NCBI GenBank assembly: GCA_965228895.1
Contig: OZ245842.1
Location: 4,000,001 to 4,064,000, forward strand
DNA from: Alphaproteobacteria bacterium
Lineage (GTDB): Bacteria > Pseudomonadota > Alphaproteobacteria > SP197
DNA: 64,000 nucleotides
Direction of reading: 5' to 3'
Position numbers and translations under genes: made by a program. Positions within the stretch are counted from its first letter, which is position 1. Each line of letters opens with the position of its first letter. Below, one piece after another: positions 39,285 through 50,249 of this stretch. A model generated the notes under the pieces. That model was given only the letters and a program-made list of their open reading frames with translations, did not search any database and had not been told where the DNA came from.

Positions 39285-40799
39285 CTACCAGTCGACGCTG
39301 GAGAAATCCGCAGCCTCGGTGAAGAGTCGGCAATCCGGCGTTTGAAGCGCAGCCGGATCGGGGTCGTCGAAGAACGCCGCCACGAGGTCACCGGCGCAGC
39401 GGTCGGCTGCGCTCGGCACGTGGCCCGCGCCCAAAAACTCGAAGTGGCGGCTGTTCGCGAGGTAACCGGCGGCGGCGTCGCCCCAATCGGGCGGGGTCAC
39501 CGGGTCGTAGGCGCCACTTAGAAGCAGCGCGGGCACGTCCGATACGACGGGCTCCCACTCTGCCGGATCCGACGGCGGCACCGGCCAGTTATCGCAGATA
39601 TCGTTGGTCATGATCGTGCCGCCGGCCATGGCGTAGACGCCGTATTTTTCGATTTCCTTGGCAACCACGTCGTCGCGAATGCGCGGCCTCTCCTCCCGGC
39701 ATGTCACCGACAGGAAGGCACCTTCGTCCAGCGACCAGTCGGCGAAGAAGGGATACCAGTAGAACCAGCCGAGACCGGAAAGGTCATAGTTCAGCGCGTC
39801 GTCAACCAGCGCCGGCACATAGGGGATGGCTTCGCCGTAATAGAGGGCGTCATACATGTGAAAGATCAAGAGGTCGCCGTCGACCACGGCCTTGGAACCG
39901 ATCGGCCAACGCACGTCGTCGACGGTGATAGGCTGCGGTTTCTCGTTGAGCGATACCAGCAGTTCGGCGAAACGCTCACCTATGTCACCGTAAGCTTTGC
40001 TGCACCAGGTATCGCGCGCGCAGTCGTCGAAGATGCGGGTGAACGCGCGATGAGTCGCCCATGGCGCCTGTTCGTCGGCGCGGACATGCGGCGGGTAGAC
40101 GCCGTCCAGAACCACCGAGCGAACGAGGTCGCCATGCCGGCGCAACATCACCAACGCCACCCGTGTACCATAGGACATGCCCCACAGGTTGGCTTGTTCG
40201 TAGCCGAGTGCGGTGATGATCAGCGCCAGGTCGTCGGCGTTCGCCGGTGTCGAGAAACTCGCGAGATCGATGCCGTCGGCAACCAGGCGATCATAGCAAA
40301 GACCGATCTCGACCCGCTCACGATCGAAAAACGGCACCTCAACACCCGGCGGCGACGTCGCCGACGCGGCCCGCTGGTCGGCTTCGAAACAGTTCAGCGC
40401 CGGCTCAGCCAGACCGACACCACGCTGGTCGTAGATCACGACGTCACGGGTCTCGCGCACGGGGGCGGTCATGTCCCATAGAAAATCGGTGTTCACCTGT
40501 TCGGGATAGGCGCTGTGAAAAAACGAGGCACCCGGCCCGCCCTGGATCACGATGACAGGGTCGTCGGCCGGGTTGGGACCCCTGGCCTTTAGAACAGCGA
40601 CCGGCAGACGGTAAAAGTGCGACGACGCATCATCGTCGCTGTAGACGGGGACGCGAACACGGTAACAGTCCGCCGCCTCGCCCGGCGGCACATCGAACCA
40701 GCAGGGTACCTTCACCGCCGCAGCGGTGGCCGTCCGCATTGCCGCACTCACCACGACCACGATCAGCGCGAACGCAAACACCGATAACCAACGCACCAT
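39285..40799 (-). CDS. Secreted alpha/beta hydrolase (TAP-like peptidase S33)
   Basis: Signal peptide; QGGPG, YDQRGVG, GMSYGT, DPVTPP, GAGH. Confidence 0.88.
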   Translation of the reverse strand: MVRWLSVFAFALIVVVVSAAMRTATAAAVKVPCWFDVPPGEAADCYRVRVPVYSDDDASSHFYRLPVAVLKARGPNPADDPVIVIQGGPGASFFHSAYPEQVNTDFLWDMTAPVRETRDVVIYDQRGVGLAEPALNCFEADQRAASATSPPGVEVPFFDRERVEIGLCYDRLVADGIDLASFSTPANADDLALIITALGYEQANLWGMSYGTRVALVMLRRHGDLVRSVVLDGVYPPHVRADEQAPWATHRAFTRIFDDCARDTWCSKAYGDIGERFAELLVSLNEKPQPITVDDVRWPIGSKAVVDGDLLIFHMYDALYYGEAIPYVPALVDDALNYDLSGLGWFYWYPFFADWSLDEGAFLSVTCREERPRIRDDVVAKEIEKYGVYAMAGGTIMTNDICDNWPVPPSDPAEWEPVVSDVPALLLSGAYDPVTPPDWGDAAAGYLANSRHFEFLGAGHVPSAADRCAGDLVAAFFDDPDPAALQTPDCRLFTEAADFSSVDW

Positions 40800-40872
40800 A
40801 TTGCACCCTTCCGCGCTGCCACGTGCTATGACTGATCCAGATAGAGAGTAACATCGGTCGGGGTGCATCGAC

Positions 40873-41598
40873 ATGCAAAGGGTTGCTTTGGTTACCGGCG
40901 GATCACGCGGCATCGGGCGCGGGATCGCCATTGCGCTCGACAAGGCGGGCTACCGTGTCGCCGCCAACTACCGCAGCAACGAGGAAGCAGCGGCGTCACT
41001 CGCCGCCGAGACGGGCGTCAAGACCTATGCCTGGGACGTCGCCGACTACGATGCCTGCCAGAAGGGCGTCGCCCAGGTCACCGCCGATCTGGGACCGGTC
41101 GAAATCCTGGTCAACAACGCCGGCATTTCGCCGGACAAGTTCATGCACAAGATGGCGCCTGAGGTCTGGCGCCAGGTCATCGATACCAACCTGAACGCCG
41201 CCTTCAACATGTCACATCAGGTCATCAAGCCGATGCGCGACGCCGGCTTTGGTCGCATCATCAACGTTGCGTCGTTGTCGGCCTTTGCGCCCAACTATGG
41301 CGAGACCGCCTATGGCGCGGCCAAGGGTGCCATGGTCAGCTTCACCAAGGCGCTTGCCAAGGAAAGCGCGACCAAGGGCGTGACCGTCAACGCGATTGCG
41401 CCCGGTTACATCGACACCGACATGATCCGCGTGGCGCCCCAGGAGTTCCTCGACGACCTCGTCCAGAACCAGATCCTGGTCGGGCGCCTCGGCCGGGTCG
41501 AGGATGTCGCGCGCTGCGTGCTGTTTCTGGCCGCTGATGACGCCGACTTCATCACCGGGGCCACCATCGACGTCAACGGCGGTCAGGTGATGCGCTAA
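40873..41598 (+). CDS. SDR, acetoacetyl-CoA reductase (PhaB)/FabG-like
   Basis: TGGSRGIG, NNAGI, YGAAK, VNAIAPGYIDTDM, FITGATIDVNGG. Confidence 0.82.
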   Translation: MQRVALVTGGSRGIGRGIAIALDKAGYRVAANYRSNEEAAASLAAETGVKTYAWDVADYDACQKGVAQVTADLGPVEILVNNAGISPDKFMHKMAPEVWRQVIDTNLNAAFNMSHQVIKPMRDAGFGRIINVASLSAFAPNYGETAYGAAKGAMVSFTKALAKESATKGVTVNAIAPGYIDTDMIRVAPQEFLDDLVQNQILVGRLGRVEDVARCVLFLAADDADFITGATIDVNGGQVMR

Positions 41599-41623
41599 GG
41601 CGTGCGCTCAATGCTCACTGGGA

Positions 41624-42463
41624 TCATCCCTGGACGTTGTGAACTGTTGCCGGTTCTCTCGTCTTGGATAACGAGCTCAAGAAAATTGAAAAGAGCTCGG
41701 ACTGCGAAATGATGCCCAGCTTGGCGTAGATGTTCTTGCGATGCACTTTGACGGTGCCTGACGAAATTCCCAGGATCTTCGAGATTGAATCGGAGGAATG
41801 GCCGCGCAAGACCAGGCCCACGACTTCGCGCTCTCTGGGCGACAGCAGCGAGCGCCCGAAATTGCGAAACGTATAGTCGATATAGCGTTCCAGAATCTCG
41901 TGTTCGGGGTCCACGACGTCGTCGGAGAACCGGCCGCTCAGGTCGTGCCAGTGCGATTCGGCGGAGGCGCGGACAAACGGCTCGACCTTTCTGAGCCGCG
42001 CCATCTCCTTTTCGCTGAACACCGGCCTGTTGCTTGACCGCATCAACGACATCACCGCGCGAACGTCATCCGGCAGCGAGACGACAAAGCCAATCTCTTC
42101 GGCGAGCCCGGTCTTGATGTAGTACGACCGAAAGTACTCGCTTTGATAAAAGCGGTCGGGCGCCAGTTCACGGAGCCGATAGAGCCCGGATTCGACCTGG
42201 TCCTTTGCCGCCCGAAAGAAGGGATCCAGCATATAGGGACCCTCTTGGTAGAGCGTCACGAAGATGGCGCGACGTTTGGCGCCAAAGTTATCGAACAGGT
42301 CAAGCGGGCGGTCGTCGCCGCGATAGGCGAACATGACGGAGAAATCGAAGGCCACCAAACGCCCGAGCGCGTCGACCAGGCGATGCGGATAATCCGGTGT
42401 CCTGATCGACTTGATGACCTTGGCGATCTCTTCGTGCCAGGCATGATCGGTTACCTGCAACAC
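41624..42463 (-). CDS. LuxR C-terminal HTH transcriptional regulator
   Basis: LSPREREVVGLVLRGHS...ISSGTVKVHRKNIYAKLGI; N-terminal sensor with YMLDPF; divergent from the ABC operon. Confidence 0.92.
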   Translation of the reverse strand: MLQVTDHAWHEEIAKVIKSIRTPDYPHRLVDALGRLVAFDFSVMFAYRGDDRPLDLFDNFGAKRRAIFVTLYQEGPYMLDPFFRAAKDQVESGLYRLRELAPDRFYQSEYFRSYYIKTGLAEEIGFVVSLPDDVRAVMSLMRSSNRPVFSEKEMARLRKVEPFVRASAESHWHDLSGRFSDDVVDPEHEILERYIDYTFRNFGRSLLSPREREVVGLVLRGHSSDSISKILGISSGTVKVHRKNIYAKLGIISQSELFSIFLSSLSKTREPATVHNVQG

Positions 42464-42639
42464 GCCCTCCGTGTGGCGTTGAACGACTCCACCCCTATCC
42501 CCTGAATCGACCTACTCATCGAGACATACCCCTCGGTAGGTATATCCTTCGCGAGCTAAATTTGCGAATTTCTTGGTTCGCGGGGATATAGCGCCGGAAT
42601 CCCATCCGAAAGCGCAACTGTGGGAGTTCAGGTAGTAGG

Positions 42640-43770
42640 TTGGAACGCGAACCCCAGGCCGAGATTGACGTCGAATTTCGCGGCGTCACCAAACGCTTCG
42701 ACGACGTCGTTGCGGTGGACTCGCTTGATTTGCAGATCCCCAGCGGCGGTTTCTTCAGCTTTCTTGGGCCATCCGGCTGTGGCAAGACGACATCGCTGCG
42801 CATGATCGCCGGCTTTGACCAGCCGACCGAAGGCGATGTCTTGATCAAGGGCGCCTCCATGGTCGGCGTTCCGGCCTATCGGCGGCCGGTCAACATGGTG
42901 TTCCAGCATTACGCGCTGTTTCCCCATCTCAACGTGTTCGACAACATCGCCTACGGATTGAGACAGGTGTCACCGCGTCCCGGCGATGCGGAGATCACCG
43001 TGCGCGTCGACGAGGCGCTCGAGCTGGTCCGGCTGGCGGGCTACGCAGGGCGCCGGATCTGGGAGTTGTCGGGCGGCCAGCAGCAACGCGTCGCCTTGGC
43101 GCGCGCTTTGATCAACCGGCCGACGGTCCTCCTGTTAGACGAGCCGCTCGGTGCGCTCGATCGAAAACTGCGCCGCGAGATGCAGATCGAACTCCAGACC
43201 CTGCAGCGCGACGTCGGCATCACCTTCATCCTGGTGACACACGACCAGGAAGAAGCGCTTTCGATGAGCGACACCATCTGCATCATGCTGGAAGGGCGCA
43301 TCGTGCAAACCGGCAGCCCGACGGAACTCTACGACGAGCCGATAAACCGCTACGTCGCCGACTTTGTCGGCCGCTCGAACTTCCTGCACGGCAAGGTCGT
43401 CACGGCGAACGCCGACCATGTCCGGCTCGAAACGACACACGGGCTGGTCCTGGGCGGACGCCGGCCGAAGGGCTCGGACGCCATGCAGACGGGCGCCAGC
43501 GCCGTGCTCGCGGTCCGTCCGGAACTGATCCACATGACCGCGTTGGCGGATGACGCGCGGCTTGACGGCGACGTCACGACATCGGCCACGGTTAAGAATC
43601 GTATCTATTTGGGCGAGCAGACCGAGTACCTGGTGGAAGCCGAAGGTCTGGGCGAAGTGTTGATTAGGTCACCTAAGCACGCTGAAACCCATACCGGCGG
43701 TTTTGCCCCAGGAAACGACGTGCTGATCGGTTGGCGGGAGGATTCCGCCCTGGCGTTGCACGACGCCTAA
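42640..43770 (+). CDS. potA: Polyamine ABC transporter ATP-binding protein (PotA-like)
   Basis: GPSGCGKT, LSGGQQQR, LLLDEP, C-terminal TOBE-like region. Confidence 0.92.
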   Translation: MEREPQAEIDVEFRGVTKRFDDVVAVDSLDLQIPSGGFFSFLGPSGCGKTTSLRMIAGFDQPTEGDVLIKGASMVGVPAYRRPVNMVFQHYALFPHLNVFDNIAYGLRQVSPRPGDAEITVRVDEALELVRLAGYAGRRIWELSGGQQQRVALARALINRPTVLLLDEPLGALDRKLRREMQIELQTLQRDVGITFILVTHDQEEALSMSDTICIMLEGRIVQTGSPTELYDEPINRYVADFVGRSNFLHGKVVTANADHVRLETTHGLVLGGRRPKGSDAMQTGASAVLAVRPELIHMTALADDARLDGDVTTSATVKNRIYLGEQTEYLVEAEGLGEVLIRSPKHAETHTGGFAPGNDVLIGWREDSALALHDA

Positions 43771-43838
43771 GGGATCCTACCGCATGCACCCAAAGACAAT
43801 GGCACGTCAAAGAAACCCTTAACGACTGGGAGAAGAAA

Positions 43839-45008
43839 ATGACAAAGGACTATAGGGACAACCTGCCGATCAGCCGGCAGAAGTTCATGGAAGAGCTACG
43901 CCGCTATCAGAAAGGATCGGTGTCACGCCGCCATTTTCTCGGCGTCACCGGCCTCGGCATGGCCAGCGCGGTCATGGCGGGCGCCGTGCCGGGCCTCAGG
44001 CCACGCAAGTCATGGGCGGCCGAAGACATTGGCGACCGCGTCGTTTTGGCGACCTGGCCCAACTATCACGATCCCTCAAACTTCGAGCAGTTCACCGAGG
44101 AGACCGGCGCCCACGTGCAGGTGAACGTATTCGGGTCGAACGAAGAGATGCTGGCCAAGCTCCAGGCCGGTGGTAGCGGCTGGGACGTCTTTGTCCCCAC
44201 CAACTACACGATCACGACCTATGTTGGCGAAGACCTCATCGAGCCTCTCGACTTAACGATGATCCCGAACTTCCAGGCCGATGCGTTTGACGCGCGCTTC
44301 TCCGATGCCGGCACCGTCAACGGCACCGTCTTTGCGGTGCCGAAGAACTGGGGCACAACCGGTTATGTCATCAACACCAGCCACAACGGCGGCAAGGCGC
44401 CGGATACCTGGAAGCAGTTCTGGGATATGACGATGGCGGACTACTCCGGCCGCACAATGGTCCATGACTACCAACTGACGACCATCGGTAACGCGTTGAA
44501 GTACTTCGGTTATTCGTTCAACTCCGTGGATCCCGCCGAGTTGGCGGACGCCGAGAAGCTGCTGCTGGAAGCCAAGCCGCACCTCTATGCCATCTCCAGC
44601 GACTACCAGCCGCCGCTGCGCAACGGCGACGCCTGGATGTCCATGTGCTGGACCGGCGACGGCAAACAGCTCAACACCGACATGCCGGAGATGATCTATG
44701 TCCTGGGCGCCGAGGGCGGCGAAATCTGGAGCGACTACTACGCCGTTCCCCGAGGTGCGGAGCATCGCGCGGCCGGTTACGCGTTGATCAACTACCTGCT
44801 CGACCCGGCGGTCAACGCGAAGGAGGTCCTGGCCCACGGCTATCCCGTTGCCGACAGCCGGGCCAACGCGCTGCTGCCGCCGGAACTGCTGGAGGACCCG
44901 ATCCTCTATCCGGCCCAAGAGCTGCTCGACGCGCTAGAGTTCGGCGCGGCGGCAACGTTGACCGATCCGAACCGCGCTGAGCTGCTGGCGCGCTTCAAGT
45001 CGGCCTAG
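43839..45008 (+). CDS. potD: Polyamine ABC transporter substrate-binding protein (PotD/PotF-like) with Tat signal
   Basis: SRRHFLG twin-Arg; SNEEMLAKLQAGG, WGTTG, WTGDG, EGGEIWSD. Confidence 0.88.
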   Translation: MTKDYRDNLPISRQKFMEELRRYQKGSVSRRHFLGVTGLGMASAVMAGAVPGLRPRKSWAAEDIGDRVVLATWPNYHDPSNFEQFTEETGAHVQVNVFGSNEEMLAKLQAGGSGWDVFVPTNYTITTYVGEDLIEPLDLTMIPNFQADAFDARFSDAGTVNGTVFAVPKNWGTTGYVINTSHNGGKAPDTWKQFWDMTMADYSGRTMVHDYQLTTIGNALKYFGYSFNSVDPAELADAEKLLLEAKPHLYAISSDYQPPLRNGDAWMSMCWTGDGKQLNTDMPEMIYVLGAEGGEIWSDYYAVPRGAEHRAAGYALINYLLDPAVNAKEVLAHGYPVADSRANALLPPELLEDPILYPAQELLDALEFGAAATLTDPNRAELLARFKSA

Positions 45009-45045
45009 ACAGACAGGCGGCAAGGCGGGCAAGAACGGTTCTGCG

Positions 45046-45897
45046 ATGTCCAGTCGTTGGATCAACAGGCTTCTTTTGTTGCCGGCCACGGTGTGGTTCG
45101 TGGTCATGCTCGCCTTGCCGCTGGTTGTCGTCGTTGTTTTCAGTTTCGGGGAACGGGCCGCAGCCGGCGGCTACGTGCCCGCGTTCACCTTTGATCAGTA
45201 CGCCAACCTGCCGGCACGATTTGCGGCCTTCAAGAACACCTTGGTTTTGGCGCCGCTGGGCACACTCGCGGCGCTCCTTGTCGCGTTTCCGCTTGCCTAC
45301 TATCTGGCGGTGAAGGCGAACCCGAAATACAAGACCTTGCTGCTGATCCTGGTCATCATTCCGTTCTGGACCAGCATTTTGATCAGGACCTATGCCTGGA
45401 TTTTCATCCTGGGCGGACGCGGCCTCCCGCAGGTCCTCGCCTTCTTCGGCTTGGGCGACATTCAGTTGATCAACACGCCCTTCGCGGTTCTGGTCGGCAT
45501 CGTCTACGGCTACCTGCCGCTGATGGTGTTTCCGATCTATGTCAGCCTGGAGAAGCTGGACAAACGCCTGTTGGAAGCGTCCAGTGACCTCGGCGCGCCA
45601 CCTCATCGCACGTTCCGGCAGGTCACCTTGCCGCTTTCCATCCCCGGCGTCGCGACAGGCTGCATGCTGGTGTTCATTCTTTTGATGGGCGAGTTCTTGA
45701 TTCCGGCCTTGCTGGGCGGCGGCAAGGTCTTCTTCATCGGCAACGCGCTGGTCGACCTCTTCCTGCAATCGCGGAATTGGGCCTTCGGCTCGGCAGTCGC
45801 CACCTCTCTTGTGCTGATCATGCTGGTGACGGTCAGTATCTACATGCGCGTGATGATGCGCCGCGGCGGACAACAAAAAGATGTCAACCTGTTCTAG
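45046..45897 (+). CDS. potB: Polyamine ABC transporter permease (PotB-like)
   Basis: PFWTSILIRTYAW, EASSDLGA (EAA loop). Confidence 0.9.
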   Translation: MSSRWINRLLLLPATVWFVVMLALPLVVVVVFSFGERAAAGGYVPAFTFDQYANLPARFAAFKNTLVLAPLGTLAALLVAFPLAYYLAVKANPKYKTLLLILVIIPFWTSILIRTYAWIFILGGRGLPQVLAFFGLGDIQLINTPFAVLVGIVYGYLPLMVFPIYVSLEKLDKRLLEASSDLGAPPHRTFRQVTLPLSIPGVATGCMLVFILLMGEFLIPALLGGGKVFFIGNALVDLFLQSRNWAFGSAVATSLVLIMLVTVSIYMRVMMRRGGQQKDVNLF

Positions 45898-45909
45898 CGG
45901 CCGCCCATC

Positions 45910-46734
45910 ATGAGGCTCTACGCCACCGCCGTTTACCTGTTCTTGTATGCGCCGATCGCGATCATCGTGATCTTCAGCTTCAACGCCGGGCGTCACGCCA
46001 GCGACTTCCAGGGTTTCTCGGCGCAGTGGTACGGCAAGGCCCTCAACAACCCATTCGCCATGGACTCGTTGATGACCAGCCTGATCGTCGCGTCGACGTC
46101 GGCGTTCTTCGCCAGCCTGTTCGGCACCATGGCGGCGCTCGCCTTGCAACGGGTGAAAGGGCGCCTGCGGGTTCTCTATGACGGCATGATCTATGTCGCC
46201 ATCATGATCCCCGGCATCGTCATCGGTATCGCGACGTTGATCGCGCTGGTCACCGTCTTCAATGCGCTCAACCCGTTCCTGGAAGCGATCTGGCCGTTCG
46301 AAGGATCAGCCGCGCCCCGGCTCAACATGGGTTATGTGTCGCTGATAGCCGCACACACGCTGTTCACCATGGCGCTGGTGATCGTCATCGTCAGGGCGCG
46401 TGTCGCCGGCATGGACCGCTCGCTGATCGAGGCCTCGGCCGACCTCTACGCCACGCCGTGGCGAACATTCCGTCAGGTCACGCTGCCCCAAATCTTTCCG
46501 GCCATACTCGCCGGCTTCCTGCTCAGCTTCACCTTCAGCTTCGACGATTTCATCATCGCCTTCTTTGTGGCGGGTTCGGAGACTACCCTGCCAATCTATG
46601 TGTTTTCATCGATACGCCGCGGCGTCACACCGGAAATCAACGCCATCGGCACCATGGTGCTTGTCGTATCGCTGACCTTGCTCGTGGCCGCTCAGCTTCT
46701 GTTGCGCAAACGAGGTCGCGGCAGTTCCAGTTAA
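45910..46734 (+). CDS. potC: Polyamine ABC transporter permease (PotC-like)
   Basis: FLYAPI, EASADLYA, FTFSFDDF, TLPIYVFSSIRRGVTPEINA. Confidence 0.9.
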   Translation: MRLYATAVYLFLYAPIAIIVIFSFNAGRHASDFQGFSAQWYGKALNNPFAMDSLMTSLIVASTSAFFASLFGTMAALALQRVKGRLRVLYDGMIYVAIMIPGIVIGIATLIALVTVFNALNPFLEAIWPFEGSAAPRLNMGYVSLIAAHTLFTMALVIVIVRARVAGMDRSLIEASADLYATPWRTFRQVTLPQIFPAILAGFLLSFTFSFDDFIIAFFVAGSETTLPIYVFSSIRRGVTPEINAIGTMVLVVSLTLLVAAQLLLRKRGRGSSS

Positions 46735-46755
46735 CGATCGATATGCGGCCCTTTG

Positions 46756-47769
46756 TCAGGCATCAGCCGTTATCACCGCATCAACGGGCCGCCGCATCGA
46801 CATGGGCAACGGCGGCGCGTAACCGAACCTGACGATCAGGTCGGGTCTCAATTCGCCGATGCCCAGCCAATTGGCCAACGAGGCACGCACGGACGGCACC
46901 TCGACCGGCTGGTTGACGTGGGCATGACGGATGCCGAGCGCCGTTGCCTGCAGCGCGAAACGTTGAAAGCCGCGACCGACCCGCACCCAGTGGTTCTTAT
47001 CCTGACAATCGCCGACAAAGATCGCGACACCAGCGGACGATCGCATCTGCTTTGCGTACTTCCTGTTCTCGGCGCCCTTCCTGAAGAACAAGCCGAACAT
47101 CGTCTTGCCGATCCAGGTCGGCACGGCGGGACCGCCGGCACAGACGCTGAACAGGCCGTCGCCGGTCCGCACGGCCTCAGACGGGTTGAAGCGAACCCAG
47201 TCGCGCAGCTCCTGTACGAAAGCGGGGTCTGCCATCTGGGTCGAATTGCCCTCGATAACATGGTCAAGCAGAGCATCGCATCGCGCCCGATCCGTGATCA
47301 AGATGACCGAAACCCCATCGACCGATACTGCGGTATCGAGCTTGTTCAGATCGCCGGGTGGAATATCGACGCCGTCGTAAAGAGAACGCGTTGACTGGCG
47401 TTGTGTGATCGCGTTGTAGAGATCGCTAACCGCCGCCGCGCCGGGAGCTAGATCGATATCAAGACGGCCGTCATCGGCGTTATCAAACGCGGTCGCACCC
47501 GATCGACCGTGGGCCCGCGCAGCGACAGAGAGCGTCTCCGCGGCGCAACCCAGGCTGACATAGAGATGATGATCGTCTGGATCGACAACCGGTGTCCGGC
47601 GCGTCAGGTCCGGCAAGAGACGAACGGCCGATTCACCGATTGAAAAACGCCACGGCTGGGTGTTGTGGCCATTGGGCGCCAACGTCGCCAACCGGATGAG
47701 TTCCTTAATCTCAGGCTTGTCTGCCAGGGATTCCCGCAAACGTCGCGAGGCCTCGTGATAGCGCTCCAT
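46756..47769 (-). CDS. Acg-family FMN-binding nitroreductase-like protein
   Basis: ATLAPNGHNTQPWRF, VVDPDDHHLYVSLGCAAE, RQSTRS, NQPVEV, RFGY...RRP; start uncertain (47769 or 47832). Confidence 0.85.
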   Translation of the reverse strand: MERYHEASRRLRESLADKPEIKELIRLATLAPNGHNTQPWRFSIGESAVRLLPDLTRRTPVVDPDDHHLYVSLGCAAETLSVAARAHGRSGATAFDNADDGRLDIDLAPGAAAVSDLYNAITQRQSTRSLYDGVDIPPGDLNKLDTAVSVDGVSVILITDRARCDALLDHVIEGNSTQMADPAFVQELRDWVRFNPSEAVRTGDGLFSVCAGGPAVPTWIGKTMFGLFFRKGAENRKYAKQMRSSAGVAIFVGDCQDKNHWVRVGRGFQRFALQATALGIRHAHVNQPVEVPSVRASLANWLGIGELRPDLIVRFGYAPPLPMSMRRPVDAVITADA

Positions 47770-47867
47770 GCGATCTCCCGTTCCGTCCCCTTTCGAATGG
47801 GTGAGGCTGGCCGTGTCAATCGCCGCACGCATTGACCTTGCGCAACGATGGCGGCGACCTTCGAGGC

Positions 47868-48662
47868 CTAGCGATCGGCTTTGGAAAGCAAACGGTCACG
47901 CTGGTGCGCAAACCGCGCCAAGCCGCCGGGCGAGCCGATATCGACGAACGGCTCATCAGAAACTGCTGTGGCCCGCACGTCGAAGCCGGCGTCGATTGCC
48001 GCGTTGAACACATTGCCAAGCTGGAGATCATTGTCGGAAACGGCCGGGCCCGCCTGGTCGCTCAAGAACTCGTGCATGTACTCGGTGAACGCCGGCGTCC
48101 ACACCGCCAACGGCCAAGTGCGGGTCAGTGTTGTCGTCTGCGGCTTGATGATAAACCGCGCGACCTTGTCATGTTCCGCCATGTCCAGCATGTCGACGGC
48201 TTGCGGATCGTCGGCGGGGAAGCTGCCGACAACGACATCGGCACCCGTTTCCTCCTGCTTGGCAAGGCATCGTGCGAACGCGTGCGGACAACCAACGATG
48301 ATGTCGGGAAAGCCAAGCGCGATCAGGCTGCCGCGAACATGGGCGTGCGCTTGATCCAGACTGTAGGGGACGCCCCACGGCCGACCCATCATCAGATAGG
48401 CGATCGACAAACCTAAGCCTGAGCCGTCGCCCAAATGCCGCGGAATGTCCCACTTGCCGTCACGCACAACGATGTAGACCTGATGGATGCCGGTCTGACG
48501 CATGTCGTCGAGCAGGAATTCGATGACCGGGCGCGTGTGTTGCTTATCGGGTTCGTCCGACACGTCGACCGGGTAGAGCTCCTTGCTGAACGGCAACGTG
48601 CCCAGCCTTTTTGCTTGCCCAGCCGCCGGAATGAGCCCGACAACGGATCGCGACGTTGTCAC
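47868..48662 (-). CDS. Sugar-phosphate nucleotidyltransferase (RmlA-like NTP_transferase)
   Basis: GLIPAAGQAKRL...SKELYPV; GFPD; FVDIGSP. Confidence 0.85.
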   Translation of the reverse strand: MTTSRSVVGLIPAAGQAKRLGTLPFSKELYPVDVSDEPDKQHTRPVIEFLLDDMRQTGIHQVYIVVRDGKWDIPRHLGDGSGLGLSIAYLMMGRPWGVPYSLDQAHAHVRGSLIALGFPDIIVGCPHAFARCLAKQEETGADVVVGSFPADDPQAVDMLDMAEHDKVARFIIKPQTTTLTRTWPLAVWTPAFTEYMHEFLSDQAGPAVSDNDLQLGNVFNAAIDAGFDVRATAVSDEPFVDIGSPGGLARFAHQRDRLLSKADR

Positions 48663-48727
48663 TGTCCTATCTCCGGGCCTCCCGTTTTCGACTGCGTTGA
48701 CGACGACTCGATCACAACTGTCGTTCC

Positions 48728-49153
48728 TTACGCTGAACCCGATAGCGGCCGGTCATACCCCTCGAATTGCGGCAGACCGTCGGTGATATCGTAATAGGTG
48801 CCTTTGTCCTCGACGAAAATGTGCTTTGTCATCCGCAGGCCGTCTGCATCATCGAGCGATGCAGCAAGAATGCCCATGAAGTCGTCCTTCAGCTGCTTCC
48901 AAAACAGGTGCGAGCCGCAAGTCTTGCAGAACCCCCGCGCGGCTTCAGGAGACGCCTGGTACCACGTGATGTTGTCGGCACCGTCGATTGCGATATTGCC
49001 CGCCTTGGTGCCGGTCGTCGCATAGCGGTGGCCGGCTTGGCGGCGGCACTGCGAGCAGTGGCACTCCGTGATCTCGGGACTGACGCCGCTGGCCTTGTAG
49101 CGCACGTTGCCGCAGTAACAGCCGCCGCTAACGTTAAGGAGTTTGTCGCTCAT
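48728..49153 (-). CDS. GFA family Zn-binding protein
   Basis: GGCYCG, CHCSQCR, RGFCKTCGSHLFW, HIFV. Confidence 0.9.
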   Translation of the reverse strand: MSDKLLNVSGGCYCGNVRYKASGVSPEITECHCSQCRRQAGHRYATTGTKAGNIAIDGADNITWYQASPEAARGFCKTCGSHLFWKQLKDDFMGILAASLDDADGLRMTKHIFVEDKGTYYDITDGLPQFEGYDRPLSGSA

Positions 49154-49244
49154 ATCGGACCCTCTTGTCGTCGCGCCAGGCTGAACAATCACGGCCCAGC
49201 CCGGACTGCGGTAGTGCGGCAGCGGATCCCCGGATCTTACGGCA

Positions 49245-50249
<1,005 letters not shown>

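Noticed and set aside
40873-41598. PHB synthesis operon
   Set aside because: No phaA or phaC nearby, and the motif reads ETAY rather than the typical PhaB QTNY
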